IMG/VR virus record: IMGVR_UViG_3300037424_000038 | Coordinates: 1 to 40,697 of that record | DNA length: 40,697 nt | Reading direction: 5' to 3' (one strand) | DNA from: a virus | Lineage: Duplodnaviria; Caudoviricetes | Shown here: positions 8,634 to 18,227 of the stretch, one piece after another | Position numbering within the stretch: position 1 is the first letter of the stretch | Layout: each line of letters starts with the position of its first letter | The notes under the pieces: model-generated | The model's database searches: none | What the model saw: the letters and a program-made list of their open reading frames with translations, nothing else | Told to the model about the DNA's origin: nothing | Position numbers and translations under genes: made by a program

Positions 8634-8798
8634 ATGCCGCTGAAAAAAGGCTATAGCCAAAAGACGATTTCACGCAACATTTCCAAGGAAGTGAAAAGCG
8701 GTAAGCCTCAAAAGCAGGCTATCGCAATCGCACTTTCTGCGGCACGAGAATCCGCTAAGAAGGCTGGCAAGCCGAGTAAAGCGCCTAAGAAAAAATGA
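8634..8798 (+). CDS. Small basic protein (54 aa, [34 protein letters not shown]...)
   Basis: GGAG RBS; ATGA coupling to next ORF; below ORF-track cutoff. Confidence 0.8.
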   Translation: MPLKKGYSQKTISRNISKEVKSGKPQKQAIAIALSAARESAKKAGKPSKAPKKK

Positions 8799-9076
8799 CC
8801 TATCAAACTCTTCTCGTATATCGGTGCCCTGGTAAGCATTCTGTTGGTGGTGGCACGTATGACTTTGCGCCTGCGGAAACTAAGGACGAACTAAGCAAGA
8901 TGCTGTCCAAAGGATGGTTTAAAACGCTTCCAGAGGCAATAAAAGGAAAAGAGATTGTAGAAGACGGTCCTCCTACTAGGGCTGAACTAGAAACTAAAGC
9001 GAAAGAGCTTGGCCTGAAGTTCGACGGAAGAACGAATGACAAGAAGCTAGCATTGATGATTGAAGAGGCATTGTAA
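8795..9076 (+). CDS. Hypothetical protein with HeH/LEM-like C-terminal helix pair
   Basis: [26 protein letters not shown]. Confidence 0.75.
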   Translation: MTYQTLLVYRCPGKHSVGGGTYDFAPAETKDELSKMLSKGWFKTLPEAIKGKEIVEDGPPTRAELETKAKELGLKFDGRTNDKKLALMIEEAL

Positions 9077-9564
9077 TGGGCTGGACAAAACGTCAATTCA
9101 TAGAAACTGCACTTGAGGAAATCGGGTTTGCTTCTTACGTTTATGACATTCAGCCCGAACAACTAAATAGCGCACTTCGCAAGATGGATGCAATGTTATC
9201 TACTTGGTATGGGCAAGAAATCAGGATCGGCTATCCAGTGCCAACAAGTCCTGAGAATAGCGACCTAGACGAAGAAACAAACGTACCAGATGCAGCAAAC
9301 GAAGCAATCCTTTTGAACCTTGCCGTGCGTCTAGGGCCATCTTTTGGAAAGACAGTAAGCATTGACACTAAGGTATCCGCAAAGAAGGCGTATGACCAGC
9401 TTCTAGGCCGCGCAATGATGCCTGCTGAAATGTCTCTCCCGTCTACTATGCCGAGCGGTGCTGGGAATAGATGGACGCAGATTGACGATCCGTTCTTGCC
9501 AGGCCCTAATGGCGATCCGATCCAATACGATTCAGGTAATGGACAACTTATTTTTGGTGACTAA
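9076..9564 (+). CDS. Head-to-tail adaptor (P22 gp4-like)
   Basis: AILLNLAVRL.P.FG, MPSGAGN motif; synteny. Confidence 0.85.
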   Translation: MGWTKRQFIETALEEIGFASYVYDIQPEQLNSALRKMDAMLSTWYGQEIRIGYPVPTSPENSDLDEETNVPDAANEAILLNLAVRLGPSFGKTVSIDTKVSAKKAYDQLLGRAMMPAEMSLPSTMPSGAGNRWTQIDDPFLPGPNGDPIQYDSGNGQLIFGD

Positions 9565-9566
9565 TC

Positions 9567-10022
9567 ATGGCAATTCAAAATCTCACGCTAAAAGACGCCA
9601 TTGCCTCTAGCACGTACTTTGCCATTAACCAAAATGGGCAAGACTATCGTGTTCTAGTCGGTACTCTGTCTGATTACATCATTGCTCTTGTTCCGACAAG
9701 TACGGCGCAGCAAGCATTCACCACTCAATACGCCTCTCCTAGTGCAACTGGATTTTCTGTCCAGATCACCCAAGGCAATGACAATATCCACCTGATTCTT
9801 ACGCCTACCGCTGGTTATGCCGCAGGTACGATTGTTCTGCCTACCTCTACTGGTCTAGCTGATAAGCAAGAGGTGCTTGTTAACTGCACTCAACAAGTAA
9901 CGGCCCTGACGATCACCGGGAATGGGGCAACTGTTACTGGTGAGCCTACCAGTCTTTCTGCTGATGCTTTTTTCCGTCTCAAATACGATCTTGCAACCAA
10001 TGTTTGGTATCGAGTGGGGTAA
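9567..10022 (+). CDS. Virion structural protein
   Basis: Beta-rich, ends WYRVG; within tail module. Confidence 0.7.
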   Translation: MAIQNLTLKDAIASSTYFAINQNGQDYRVLVGTLSDYIIALVPTSTAQQAFTTQYASPSATGFSVQITQGNDNIHLILTPTAGYAAGTIVLPTSTGLADKQEVLVNCTQQVTALTITGNGATVTGEPTSLSADAFFRLKYDLATNVWYRVG

Positions 10023-10025
10023 ATC

Positions 10026-10325
10026 ATGACTGTACGCGCACCTTTCCAGCCCGTCTCAGGGGCAAACCTCGTAGTAACTCCGGCTGCAGCGTCTGCTTCG
10101 GCTACGGTCAACGCAGTATCTAAGTCGGTACGGTTGGTTAATTCTGGGCTAAATATCTGCCATGTCCGAATCGGAACTGGCGCTCAGACTGCTACTACTG
10201 CTGATCTTCCTGTGAGGGCTGGTTCTGAAATTGTCGTACAGAAAAGTGACGGACAAGAGACGGTCGCATACATTTCTGCGGCTGGTACTACTCTTCATAT
10301 CCAGACGGGTGAAGGTGGCGCGTAA
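10026..10325 (+). CDS. Virion structural protein
   Basis: Small beta-rich ORF coupled to gp10-like gene. Confidence 0.7.
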   Translation: MTVRAPFQPVSGANLVVTPAAASASATVNAVSKSVRLVNSGLNICHVRIGTGAQTATTADLPVRAGSEIVVQKSDGQETVAYISAAGTTLHIQTGEGGA

Positions 10326-11743
10326 TGCAAATCCCGATTGTCTCGGGTATTTACAGTGATACAACTGGAGATTTCCGCGTCTCGTATCCTGTAAATCTTG
10401 TTCCTGTTGCTTTGCAAAGCGGAGTATCTAATGGATATCTTCGGCCAGCGGATGGGATCGTAGAGATTGCGACCGGCCCAGGGAATGGGCGTGGTGGCAT
10501 CAATTGGAATGGCACGCTATATCGCGTCATGGGATCTAGTCTTGTCTCAATCGACAAGAACGGAGTTATCACCACGATTGGTAGCGTCGGGTCCGGTAGT
10601 GATGTGACATTCGATTACTCATTTGATCGTCTTGCTATCGCCTCTGGTGGCAATATGTTCTATTGGGATGGCGCTACCTTACAGCAGGTGACTGATCCTG
10701 ACTTAGGAACTGTCATTGACATGCTTTGGATTGACGGTTATTTCATGACGACAGACGGGACATATCTTATCGTCACTGAACTAAGCGATCCATTCCAAGT
10801 GAATCCACTTAAATACGGATCGTCAGAGGCAGACCCTGATCCTATCAAGGCTCTATTCAAGATTCGCAATGAAGTCTATGCGCTAAATAGATACACAATC
10901 GAGGTTTTCGATAACGTAGGCGGAACATTGTTCCCGTTCCAACGAATAGAAGGCGCGCAGATTCAAAAGGGAACATACGGAACTCACACTGCATGTACCT
11001 TCACTATCCCCGGCGGAGTAGGCGCAGACACAATGGCATTTCTAGGCTCTGGACGGAATGAGCCTCCTGGAATCTATCTAGCAGCTAACGGCAATGCTCA
11101 GAAAATTTCTACACGAGAGATTGACACTTTACTTTCTGAGTACACTGAACCTCAGCTATCAGGCGCTGTTATGGAGTCCCGCATTGACAAGGGCACTCAG
11201 CATCTAATGCTGCACATGCCTGACCGTACCTATGTCTATGATGCGTTTACTAGTCAGCAGATTGGTCAGCCTGTTTGGTTCTTTTTGACAAGCACACTTA
11301 AGGGCTTTCAACGGTATCGGGCTAAAAATCTCGTGTGGTGTTACAACCAATGGAATATCGAGGATTCAACAACGTTCAAAATTGGACGCTATGACGATAC
11401 CATCGGTTCGCATTGGGGAGATCATGTGCGCTGGGATTTTGGTACTCCGATTGTCTATAACTCAAGCAAAGGCGCATTGATTAATGAGCTTGAACTTGTT
11501 TCATTGACTGGTCGCGTGGCTGTTGGTTCTGATCCGTATATCTCAACCTCTTATTCAATTGATGGACTGAATTGGTCACAAGACAAGTACATAAAAGCCG
11601 GTACAAACGGGAATACTAGAAAGCGGCTCACATGGCTCCAGCAAGGACATATGAGGAATTGGCGCATCCAACGATTCCGGGGTGATTCACAAGCGTTCCT
11701 GAGTTTTGCAAGACTTGAAGCGCAAGTAGAGGCGCTGGCATGA
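10325..11743 (+). CDS. Tail hub / DNA stabilisation protein (P22 gp10-like)
   Basis: 472 aa; PVNL, IDGYF, SEADPDPI, TIEVFDNVG motifs. Confidence 0.9.
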   Translation: MQIPIVSGIYSDTTGDFRVSYPVNLVPVALQSGVSNGYLRPADGIVEIATGPGNGRGGINWNGTLYRVMGSSLVSIDKNGVITTIGSVGSGSDVTFDYSFDRLAIASGGNMFYWDGATLQQVTDPDLGTVIDMLWIDGYFMTTDGTYLIVTELSDPFQVNPLKYGSSEADPDPIKALFKIRNEVYALNRYTIEVFDNVGGTLFPFQRIEGAQIQKGTYGTHTACTFTIPGGVGADTMAFLGSGRNEPPGIYLAANGNAQKISTREIDTLLSEYTEPQLSGAVMESRIDKGTQHLMLHMPDRTYVYDAFTSQQIGQPVWFFLTSTLKGFQRYRAKNLVWCYNQWNIEDSTTFKIGRYDDTIGSHWGDHVRWDFGTPIVYNSSKGALINELELVSLTGRVAVGSDPYISTSYSIDGLNWSQDKYIKAGTNGNTRKRLTWLQQGHMRNWRIQRFRGDSQAFLSFARLEAQVEALA

Positions 11744-12831
11744 GAATTAAGCGTGATCAGCTACGTAAATTCTTGCCGGACGAAGAGTCGATCAAGGCAT
11801 TTGAGGACTTATTCCGTCAATTCGGATCGGCCTCGACTGGAATTGAGACGGGGAAGATTGATTTCATCCCAAGCACTCAATCTAGAGAAACTGGACGAGT
11901 ATGGTATGACTCGGATGAGGGTGCTTTATCTGTCGGCATGAATGGAAGTGAAGTTACTCTTCAAATCGGGATGGAGGAGTTCTATCCTCTTGTCGCAAAT
12001 GAAACAGGCTTTACCATCGAGAACGGACGAATCTTAGGATTTGCCGGAGTTAATGGCGGGCTGAAAATACAGAAATTCATTGCAGATGGATCGATGGATC
12101 CATCTTATATCGTCGGGTTTTCTACTGAAACTCTAGAACATACCGACGAAGGCTATGCATGCAAATTCGGCTATGTCCGTGATATTGACTGTAGCGGCTC
12201 TTTATATGGCGAAGCATGGAACAAGGGCGATATTCTGTATGTCTCTTCTACAATTGCAGGAGGTCTGACCAAGACAAAGCCATCTCCTCCTAGTATCGCC
12301 ATTCCATGTGCGGCAGTTATCGATAATAGCGTTGTTGGGAAACTACTGGTTAGAGTTCTGCCACAACAAAGACTGTATTACGGCATTTTCTCTGATAGCA
12401 CGACTCAGACGGCTGGCGCGGCTAATACACCTCAAGCTGTAACCATAAACACGACAGATATTGCTAGCGGAATAAATATTGCTAGTAGCAGTCGTGTTGT
12501 TTGCCAACAAGCAGGCTTGTACACGTTCCAATACAGCCTTCAATTAACAAGTACCATCGCCGCGCTACAAACTGTAGAGTTCTGGATTCGTGTTAATGGA
12601 GTAGATGATGCATTTTCAAAACGAAAGATCACCATAAGGGACAATAACACTATCGTTTGTCCTGTCCTACAGCATACATTCGAGCTTCAAGATAATGATT
12701 ATGTCGAATTAATTTGGGTTACCACTAGTACGAATGTGACGTTAACTGCTGCTGCTGCTACTACAGCTCCACCATACGACAGTCCATCAACTCCTAGCGT
12801 ATTAGTTTCTGTATATCAGATTAACCAATAG
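11740..12831 (+). CDS. Tail needle/fibre-like protein with beta-sandwich (C1q-like) C-terminus
   Basis: Occupies gp26 position; AGLYTFQYSLQ...NDYVELIW pattern. Confidence 0.6.
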   Translation: MRIKRDQLRKFLPDEESIKAFEDLFRQFGSASTGIETGKIDFIPSTQSRETGRVWYDSDEGALSVGMNGSEVTLQIGMEEFYPLVANETGFTIENGRILGFAGVNGGLKIQKFIADGSMDPSYIVGFSTETLEHTDEGYACKFGYVRDIDCSGSLYGEAWNKGDILYVSSTIAGGLTKTKPSPPSIAIPCAAVIDNSVVGKLLVRVLPQQRLYYGIFSDSTTQTAGAANTPQAVTINTTDIASGINIASSSRVVCQQAGLYTFQYSLQLTSTIAALQTVEFWIRVNGVDDAFSKRKITIRDNNTIVCPVLQHTFELQDNDYVELIWVTTSTNVTLTAAAATTAPPYDSPSTPSVLVSVYQINQ

Positions 12832-12890
12832 TTGATATTTTTATGAATATGTGTAAAATGATAACCGCTGAGTCAATGGCTTCCAGCGGC
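12832..12890 (+). promoter_or_regulatory. Putative promoter and leader hairpin for ejection-protein genes
   Basis: TTGATA-16bp-TAAAAT, then ccgctg...cagcgg stem. Confidence 0.5.
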
Positions 12891-12908
12891 TAACTATACG
12901 AGGTATAT

Positions 12909-13586
12909 ATGGCTGCTTGGGTAATGCCGGCAATTGCAGTAGGCGCGCAACTTCTACAGGGCATGAGCCAATCCGGCGCTGCTGCCGGTGCGGCTGGCGC
13001 TCAGACAGATGAAATGCGCCGCCAGTATGAGGCAATGCGCTCTCTGCTACAGCCATATGTGCAGGCTGGTGCAGGGGCTCTTGAACAGCAACAGGCATTG
13101 ATAGGGATCGGCCCAGCTGGAGCGCAAGAACAAGCAATCTCTGCACTTGAGGCAAGCCCTCAATTCCAAGCCCTTACCCAACAGGGAGAAAACGCACTTC
13201 TTCAGCAGGCTTCCGCTACTGGTGGCCTTCGTGGCGGGAATATCCAAGGCGCTCTGGCGCAATTCCGTCCTCAGATGCTGTCCGAGCTAATCAACCAGCA
13301 ATATTCGCGCCTAGGCGGCCTCTCAGCGCTTGGGCAAGCCTCTGCGGCTGGTGTTGGCGGAGCTGGCATGCAAGCTGGTCAGCAGATCGGAGCAGCTCAA
13401 GCCGGAGGTGTTCTAGGTCAGGCTCGCGGATTCGGCCAGATGATCAATGCCATCCCTCAAGGTATCGGTATGTATTACGGGCAGACTGGTCAGTATCCAT
13501 GGCAATCTAGTGGCTTGACTCCTTTCGGGACTATTCCTGGCAGTCAGCAAAGCCAAATGCTTGCACAGCAGAATGCGGGGTTCTAA
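12909..13586 (+). CDS. Ejection/DNA transfer protein (P22 gp7-like)
   Basis: Gly/Ala/Gln-rich; LQPYVQAG, ASATGGLRGGN. Confidence 0.85.
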   Translation: MAAWVMPAIAVGAQLLQGMSQSGAAAGAAGAQTDEMRRQYEAMRSLLQPYVQAGAGALEQQQALIGIGPAGAQEQAISALEASPQFQALTQQGENALLQQASATGGLRGGNIQGALAQFRPQMLSELINQQYSRLGGLSALGQASAAGVGGAGMQAGQQIGAAQAGGVLGQARGFGQMINAIPQGIGMYYGQTGQYPWQSSGLTPFGTIPGSQQSQMLAQQNAGF

Positions 13587-14803
13587 TGGCCGCACCATAC
13601 GATTACACAGTCAACGTAGATAGCCCACTTCAAGCCGCTGCCCAAGGTGTGCAGTTTGGTGCTGGTCTGGCTGAGATTCAGCAAAAGCGCATGGCGCAAG
13701 AGTTGGCTATGCAGCAGCAACTTCGTCAGCAACAATTCTTGCAGAGATTCATGTCGAAGTCTAACAAGACTGCCGATGACTACTCCCAAGCGACCATGAT
13801 GATTCCCGGACTCCGGGAGCAATTTAAACAATCATGGGACATGCAGAACACTGCACAGCAACAGAACTCACTGAAAGAAATGGGCACGGTGTTTTCTGCG
13901 TTGAAAAATAAGAGCCCGCAAGTTGCTACGGGATTCCTTGAACAAAAACTTGCAGCACTTGAGAACAGCAAAGCTCCGAAACAAGAGATTGATGCAGTTC
14001 GGACGATGGTCGAACAGATAAAACTGAATCCTGATATGGTGAAAGATCAGATCGGCATTCAAATGCTTGCCGTTCCTGGTGGCGATAAGGTTTTTGAAGG
14101 GCTTAGCAAGATCGGAGTAGAGGCTAGGGCGGAAGAATTGCAGCCTGTCATGGTTTCTAAGGCTCTTGCTGACCTCCAGAAAACAGGATGGGATATTAAT
14201 AAAATTCGCAATGATATTGATGTTTCAAGAGAATCTAATCGCATTGCATTGATCAAGTCTCAACTCGATAGAGAAAACAATGATCTGAAACGTAAAGAAC
14301 TCCAAATTAAGTTGGAAGATGCGGCTAATAAGCGAGAGGAACTTATCAGGACAAAATCAGCCGATGTTGATTCAGCGAGGACAAATATTGACAACATGCT
14401 TAACACGGCAGACAGGATTTTGAATAATCCTAGTTTGCCTGACGTGCTTGGATCGATGGAAGGTCGCGTCCCTGTTGTATTTTCTGATGAAGCAGCCGAT
14501 GCTGTGGCGCTTATTGAAACGCTTAAGTCTCAAGCGTTCTTGGCTCAGATTCCCAACATCAAAGGAATGGGCGCGTTGTCTAACGCAGAGGGTGAAAAAC
14601 TACAGTCAGCATTGCAGAATTTGAATCGTGTTCAGTCTGAATCTCAGTTCAGGGCTAATGTGAAAGAGGCGCAACGTCTTTTGATGAAGGGTCGTAAAAA
14701 CGTAACCCAGCGTTATGGCGTGCCAGAGTCTGTACCGGATACTCCAGCAGCCGCACCGACTGCAACAGACATTGATGCATTGCTTAAAAAGTACGGTCAA
14801 TAA
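13586..14803 (+). CDS. Ejection protein (P22 gp20-like)
   Basis: Helical Gln-rich; KSQAFL...KGMGALSNAEGEKL motif; synteny. Confidence 0.78.
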   Translation: MAAPYDYTVNVDSPLQAAAQGVQFGAGLAEIQQKRMAQELAMQQQLRQQQFLQRFMSKSNKTADDYSQATMMIPGLREQFKQSWDMQNTAQQQNSLKEMGTVFSALKNKSPQVATGFLEQKLAALENSKAPKQEIDAVRTMVEQIKLNPDMVKDQIGIQMLAVPGGDKVFEGLSKIGVEARAEELQPVMVSKALADLQKTGWDINKIRNDIDVSRESNRIALIKSQLDRENNDLKRKELQIKLEDAANKREELIRTKSADVDSARTNIDNMLNTADRILNNPSLPDVLGSMEGRVPVVFSDEAADAVALIETLKSQAFLAQIPNIKGMGALSNAEGEKLQSALQNLNRVQSESQFRANVKEAQRLLMKGRKNVTQRYGVPESVPDTPAAAPTATDIDALLKKYGQ

Positions 14804-16704
14804 TGGCAACGCTTGAACAGCTTGAATCTGCTCTTATCAATGCCGACAAGGCAGGGGATATTGACGCTGCTCGTCAATTGGCAGCTTTTATTTCTCGTGC
14901 AAGAAAAGATGCTGCTAATCTAATCCCTGGCTCTCAAATACCTGAAACAATAGTCCAACAACCCACGCAAGGAATCGGAGAACAGATTGTAGGAGCTGGT
15001 GAGACTGCTTTGACTCTTGCCACTGGCGCTACTGGTGGAACGCTTGGTTTGGCTGGCGGTGCTGTTAAAGGATTGGCGGAGCAAATCTTAAGCGGTCAAT
15101 TCGGAACGCAAGAAGCAAACGAAGCAGTTAAACAAGCTGCAATACAAGGCTCTCAAGCTCTTACGTATGCCCCGCGTACTCAGGCCGGGCAAGAACAAGT
15201 TCAGGCTGTTGGTCAGACATTGGCGAATATCATCCCGCCCGTCATCCCGATGATTGCCGCGCCTGGAATGGCTACTCAAGCAGTACGTCAGGCTATGCCT
15301 ATCGTGTCTGCAACTGCTGCGCGCGGTGGTGCTGCTATTCGCCAAGGCGCTCAACAAGTACAGCAACGTGCAGTACAAGCCGCGCAGCAAGCAAAACAGG
15401 CCGTTGGATTCGGAGATGAAGCCGCAGCAATCGCTAGGCGTCCAGCTGGTGCTGCCGCAACTCCGGCAGAAATGCAGCGTGTAGCTACTGCTGAGGGCCT
15501 TCCTGTGCCAGTCAAACTGACGAAAGGCGCAGCTTCTCGTGAAGCTGAACAACTTGCTTTCGAGAAAGAGCAAATCAAGGGGCCGCTAGGTGGCGCTCTT
15601 CGCTCTCGCGCTGAGGAAAATAATCTCCAAGCTCTACAGAATTTTGATGCTTTGATCGACATGGCAGAAGCTCGCGCTCCAGATATTTCCGCTACCGGAA
15701 ATGCAGTAACCAAAGCCCTCGCCGAGGGATATAAAGCAGCCAAGAACAAGGTTAACGTTGCTTATAAGAAGGCTGAACTTGCAGGTGAACTTGAGCAACC
15801 TGTCGCGCTTGAATCTATCGCACAGTTCATTAAACAAACTGAACCAGAATCGTCAGTCGCTCCTATTTTGAAGGTAGCCAAGGACAAAGCCATCCAGCTT
15901 GGAGTACTGCAAGAAATGCCTGATGGCTCTCTAGTGTCTCAGCCTGTGCCTCTGAAAACGGCAGAACTATATCGCCGCTCTATCAGTAACGCGACAGACT
16001 TTCAGCCTACGAATCAGAGGTTCGGCGCTCAGATCAAGGATTTGATTGATCAATCTACTGACGGGCTCGGTGGGAATCTGTACAAAGAAGCTAGGGCACT
16101 TAGGACTCAACAGGCAAGGAAGTATGAGAATCGGGCGATCATTGCGCGTCTTGTGTCTACTCGCCGTGGCATGGATGATCCTCAAGTGGCTGCTGACCAG
16201 GTATTCCGGAAGTCTATCCTGAATGCGTCGCCAGAAGAAATAACGTTCATGAAACGCGTTCTCCAGACCAGCGGAAAAAACGGTCAGCAAGCATGGAAAG
16301 AACTTCAAGGGGCCACGATTAATTACCTACGCGATGAGGCAACAAAAGGCGTCGGAATGGACAGCCAAGGCCGTCCGCTAGTATCTCCAGCTAAGTTGAA
16401 CCAAGTCGTTAATCAACTTGATGCGAATGGTCGTCTAGACGTAATTTTTGGCAAGCAACGAGCGCAGACGATCCGCGATCTAAATGAGGTCGTGCGCTTT
16501 GTCAACACTGTTCCTCCGGGAACATTGATCAACTCTAGTGGAACGTCTATGGCGCTTATGGGGGCCATTGCTGAGGCTGGCGCGGCTGGGGCTATGACAG
16601 GTCTTCCTGTGCCTGCTATCAGTCTTATTCGTGCTGCTACTCAGCAAATGAAAAATAGCCAACTGAAAGCACGTATCAACAAATCACTTTCTGCGGGGCA
16701 ATAA
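14803..16704 (+). CDS. Large ejection protein (P22 gp16-like)
   Basis: 633 aa helical Ala/Gln-rich; third ejection gene by synteny. Confidence 0.72.
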   Translation: MATLEQLESALINADKAGDIDAARQLAAFISRARKDAANLIPGSQIPETIVQQPTQGIGEQIVGAGETALTLATGATGGTLGLAGGAVKGLAEQILSGQFGTQEANEAVKQAAIQGSQALTYAPRTQAGQEQVQAVGQTLANIIPPVIPMIAAPGMATQAVRQAMPIVSATAARGGAAIRQGAQQVQQRAVQAAQQAKQAVGFGDEAAAIARRPAGAAATPAEMQRVATAEGLPVPVKLTKGAASREAEQLAFEKEQIKGPLGGALRSRAEENNLQALQNFDALIDMAEARAPDISATGNAVTKALAEGYKAAKNKVNVAYKKAELAGELEQPVALESIAQFIKQTEPESSVAPILKVAKDKAIQLGVLQEMPDGSLVSQPVPLKTAELYRRSISNATDFQPTNQRFGAQIKDLIDQSTDGLGGNLYKEARALRTQQARKYENRAIIARLVSTRRGMDDPQVAADQVFRKSILNASPEEITFMKRVLQTSGKNGQQAWKELQGATINYLRDEATKGVGMDSQGRPLVSPAKLNQVVNQLDANGRLDVIFGKQRAQTIRDLNEVVRFVNTVPPGTLINSSGTSMALMGAIAEAGAAGAMTGLPVPAISLIRAATQQMKNSQLKARINKSLSAGQ

Positions 16705-18227
16705 TGGCACAAGCAATCCCACCGTATCTAATCTACACCGATACAGACGGTTCTCCGCTGGAGAATGGCTACCTGTACTTTGGTGTAGCCAATCAAAACG
16801 CTCAGACTAATCCTGTAGCTATCTATTGGGATGTTGACCTAACCATCCCCGCAGCCAATCCTGTTCGCACAATAAATGGCTACCCGTCGAATAATGGTTC
16901 ACCTGGGAATATCTTTACTGCAAGTGACTACTCAATCATTGTCCGTGACCGTAACGGATTGCTTGTCTATAGCCGAGCATCCGCTATTGAAACAGGCGCA
17001 GTAAGTGCCGCAGAATCATATTGGCTTACTGGCGTGGCTGGTGTTGATGCAATCACTGCTACGGCTGGAGTTGGGCTAACTGCTTATGCTGATGGCCTTG
17101 TCGTCCGATTTGAATCTGCTGGCGCTAATACCGGTGCTGTGACTATCAACGTGTCTGGTATTGGAATTGTCGATGTTACAAAGAACGGTCTTGATCCGCT
17201 TGTCGCCGGAGATATCCCTGCCGGTGCTGCTGTTGAGCTTACGTATTCTGGAGCAGGCTTCCAGTTGACCAGTTTGACGGCCAATACGGTTGGAACTCAA
17301 GCAGCAAACAACAATAGTCAGAAAATCGCCAATACAGCTTATGTAGATCGCGCGGCTTCTTGGAAAATTCCTCCCGTCACAGCTAGTGTCGGAGGTTCTG
17401 CGCTTACCGTCACGCTTGGCCCATGTCAGATTGATTTCCGCAGTACCACGGTTTCTGATGGGGCCGTAAATACTCGCGTAGTTTCTAGTCCTATTAGTAT
17501 GACTGTTAGTTCTGGGTCTACGCTCGGAACAACAAGCGGACAAAAATCTAGGGTCGCAGTAATTGCGATTGATAATGCTGGAACAGTTGAACTAGCTGTA
17601 TGCAACTGGTATGGCGGAATAGTAATGGACGAATCTGCATTAATCACAACTACTGCCGAAGGTGGTGTAGGTGGTGCAGATAGTTCAGCGTTGTTTTACT
17701 CTTCTAGTGCAAGGACTAATGTCGCTTATAGAGTAATCGGGTATGTTGAGTCAACTCAAGCAACAGCAGGTACATGGTTAACTACTCCTAGCTTCGTACA
17801 AGGCGTTACTCCTGCCATTGCTGCGACTATTAAGAATCTCCCTCAAGCTGGCACAAAGTTATTGACTCAGATCAAATACGCCGAAACAACTATTGCCGCT
17901 GGTGGAGCTTCTGTTGAATATTTCAACTCTCTAATCTATCAAGATGGTACTTACAGAATATCATTTGATTTAAAGCATAATGTAAATGATGGATTTCAGG
18001 CATTCGCAAGAATCTATGTAAATGGCGTTGCCACTGGAACAGCAAGAGCAACATTACTCACTACATATACAACATATACCGAAGATATAGCTTTGCGAGC
18101 GTCTGATACTCTTCAAATTTATGCTGATTCAACTTTTAGTGATGGTTCTATTAAAGATGTAAAGATAATGAATGCGTCGATCTATGACGTTACACCTCCG
18201 CAAGTTCTTGAAGTTGGAGTTCGATAA
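16704..18227 (+). CDS. Tail fibre/tailspike 1 with N-terminal head-binding domain
   Basis: YTDTDGSPLENGYLYFG...NPVAIYWD...PVRTINGYP; AANNNSQKIANTAYV fibre motif. Confidence 0.82.
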   Translation: MAQAIPPYLIYTDTDGSPLENGYLYFGVANQNAQTNPVAIYWDVDLTIPAANPVRTINGYPSNNGSPGNIFTASDYSIIVRDRNGLLVYSRASAIETGAVSAAESYWLTGVAGVDAITATAGVGLTAYADGLVVRFESAGANTGAVTINVSGIGIVDVTKNGLDPLVAGDIPAGAAVELTYSGAGFQLTSLTANTVGTQAANNNSQKIANTAYVDRAASWKIPPVTASVGGSALTVTLGPCQIDFRSTTVSDGAVNTRVVSSPISMTVSSGSTLGTTSGQKSRVAVIAIDNAGTVELAVCNWYGGIVMDESALITTTAEGGVGGADSSALFYSSSARTNVAYRVIGYVESTQATAGTWLTTPSFVQGVTPAIAATIKNLPQAGTKLLTQIKYAETTIAAGGASVEYFNSLIYQDGTYRISFDLKHNVNDGFQAFARIYVNGVATGTARATLLTTYTTYTEDIALRASDTLQIYADSTFSDGSIKDVKIMNASIYDVTPPQVLEVGVR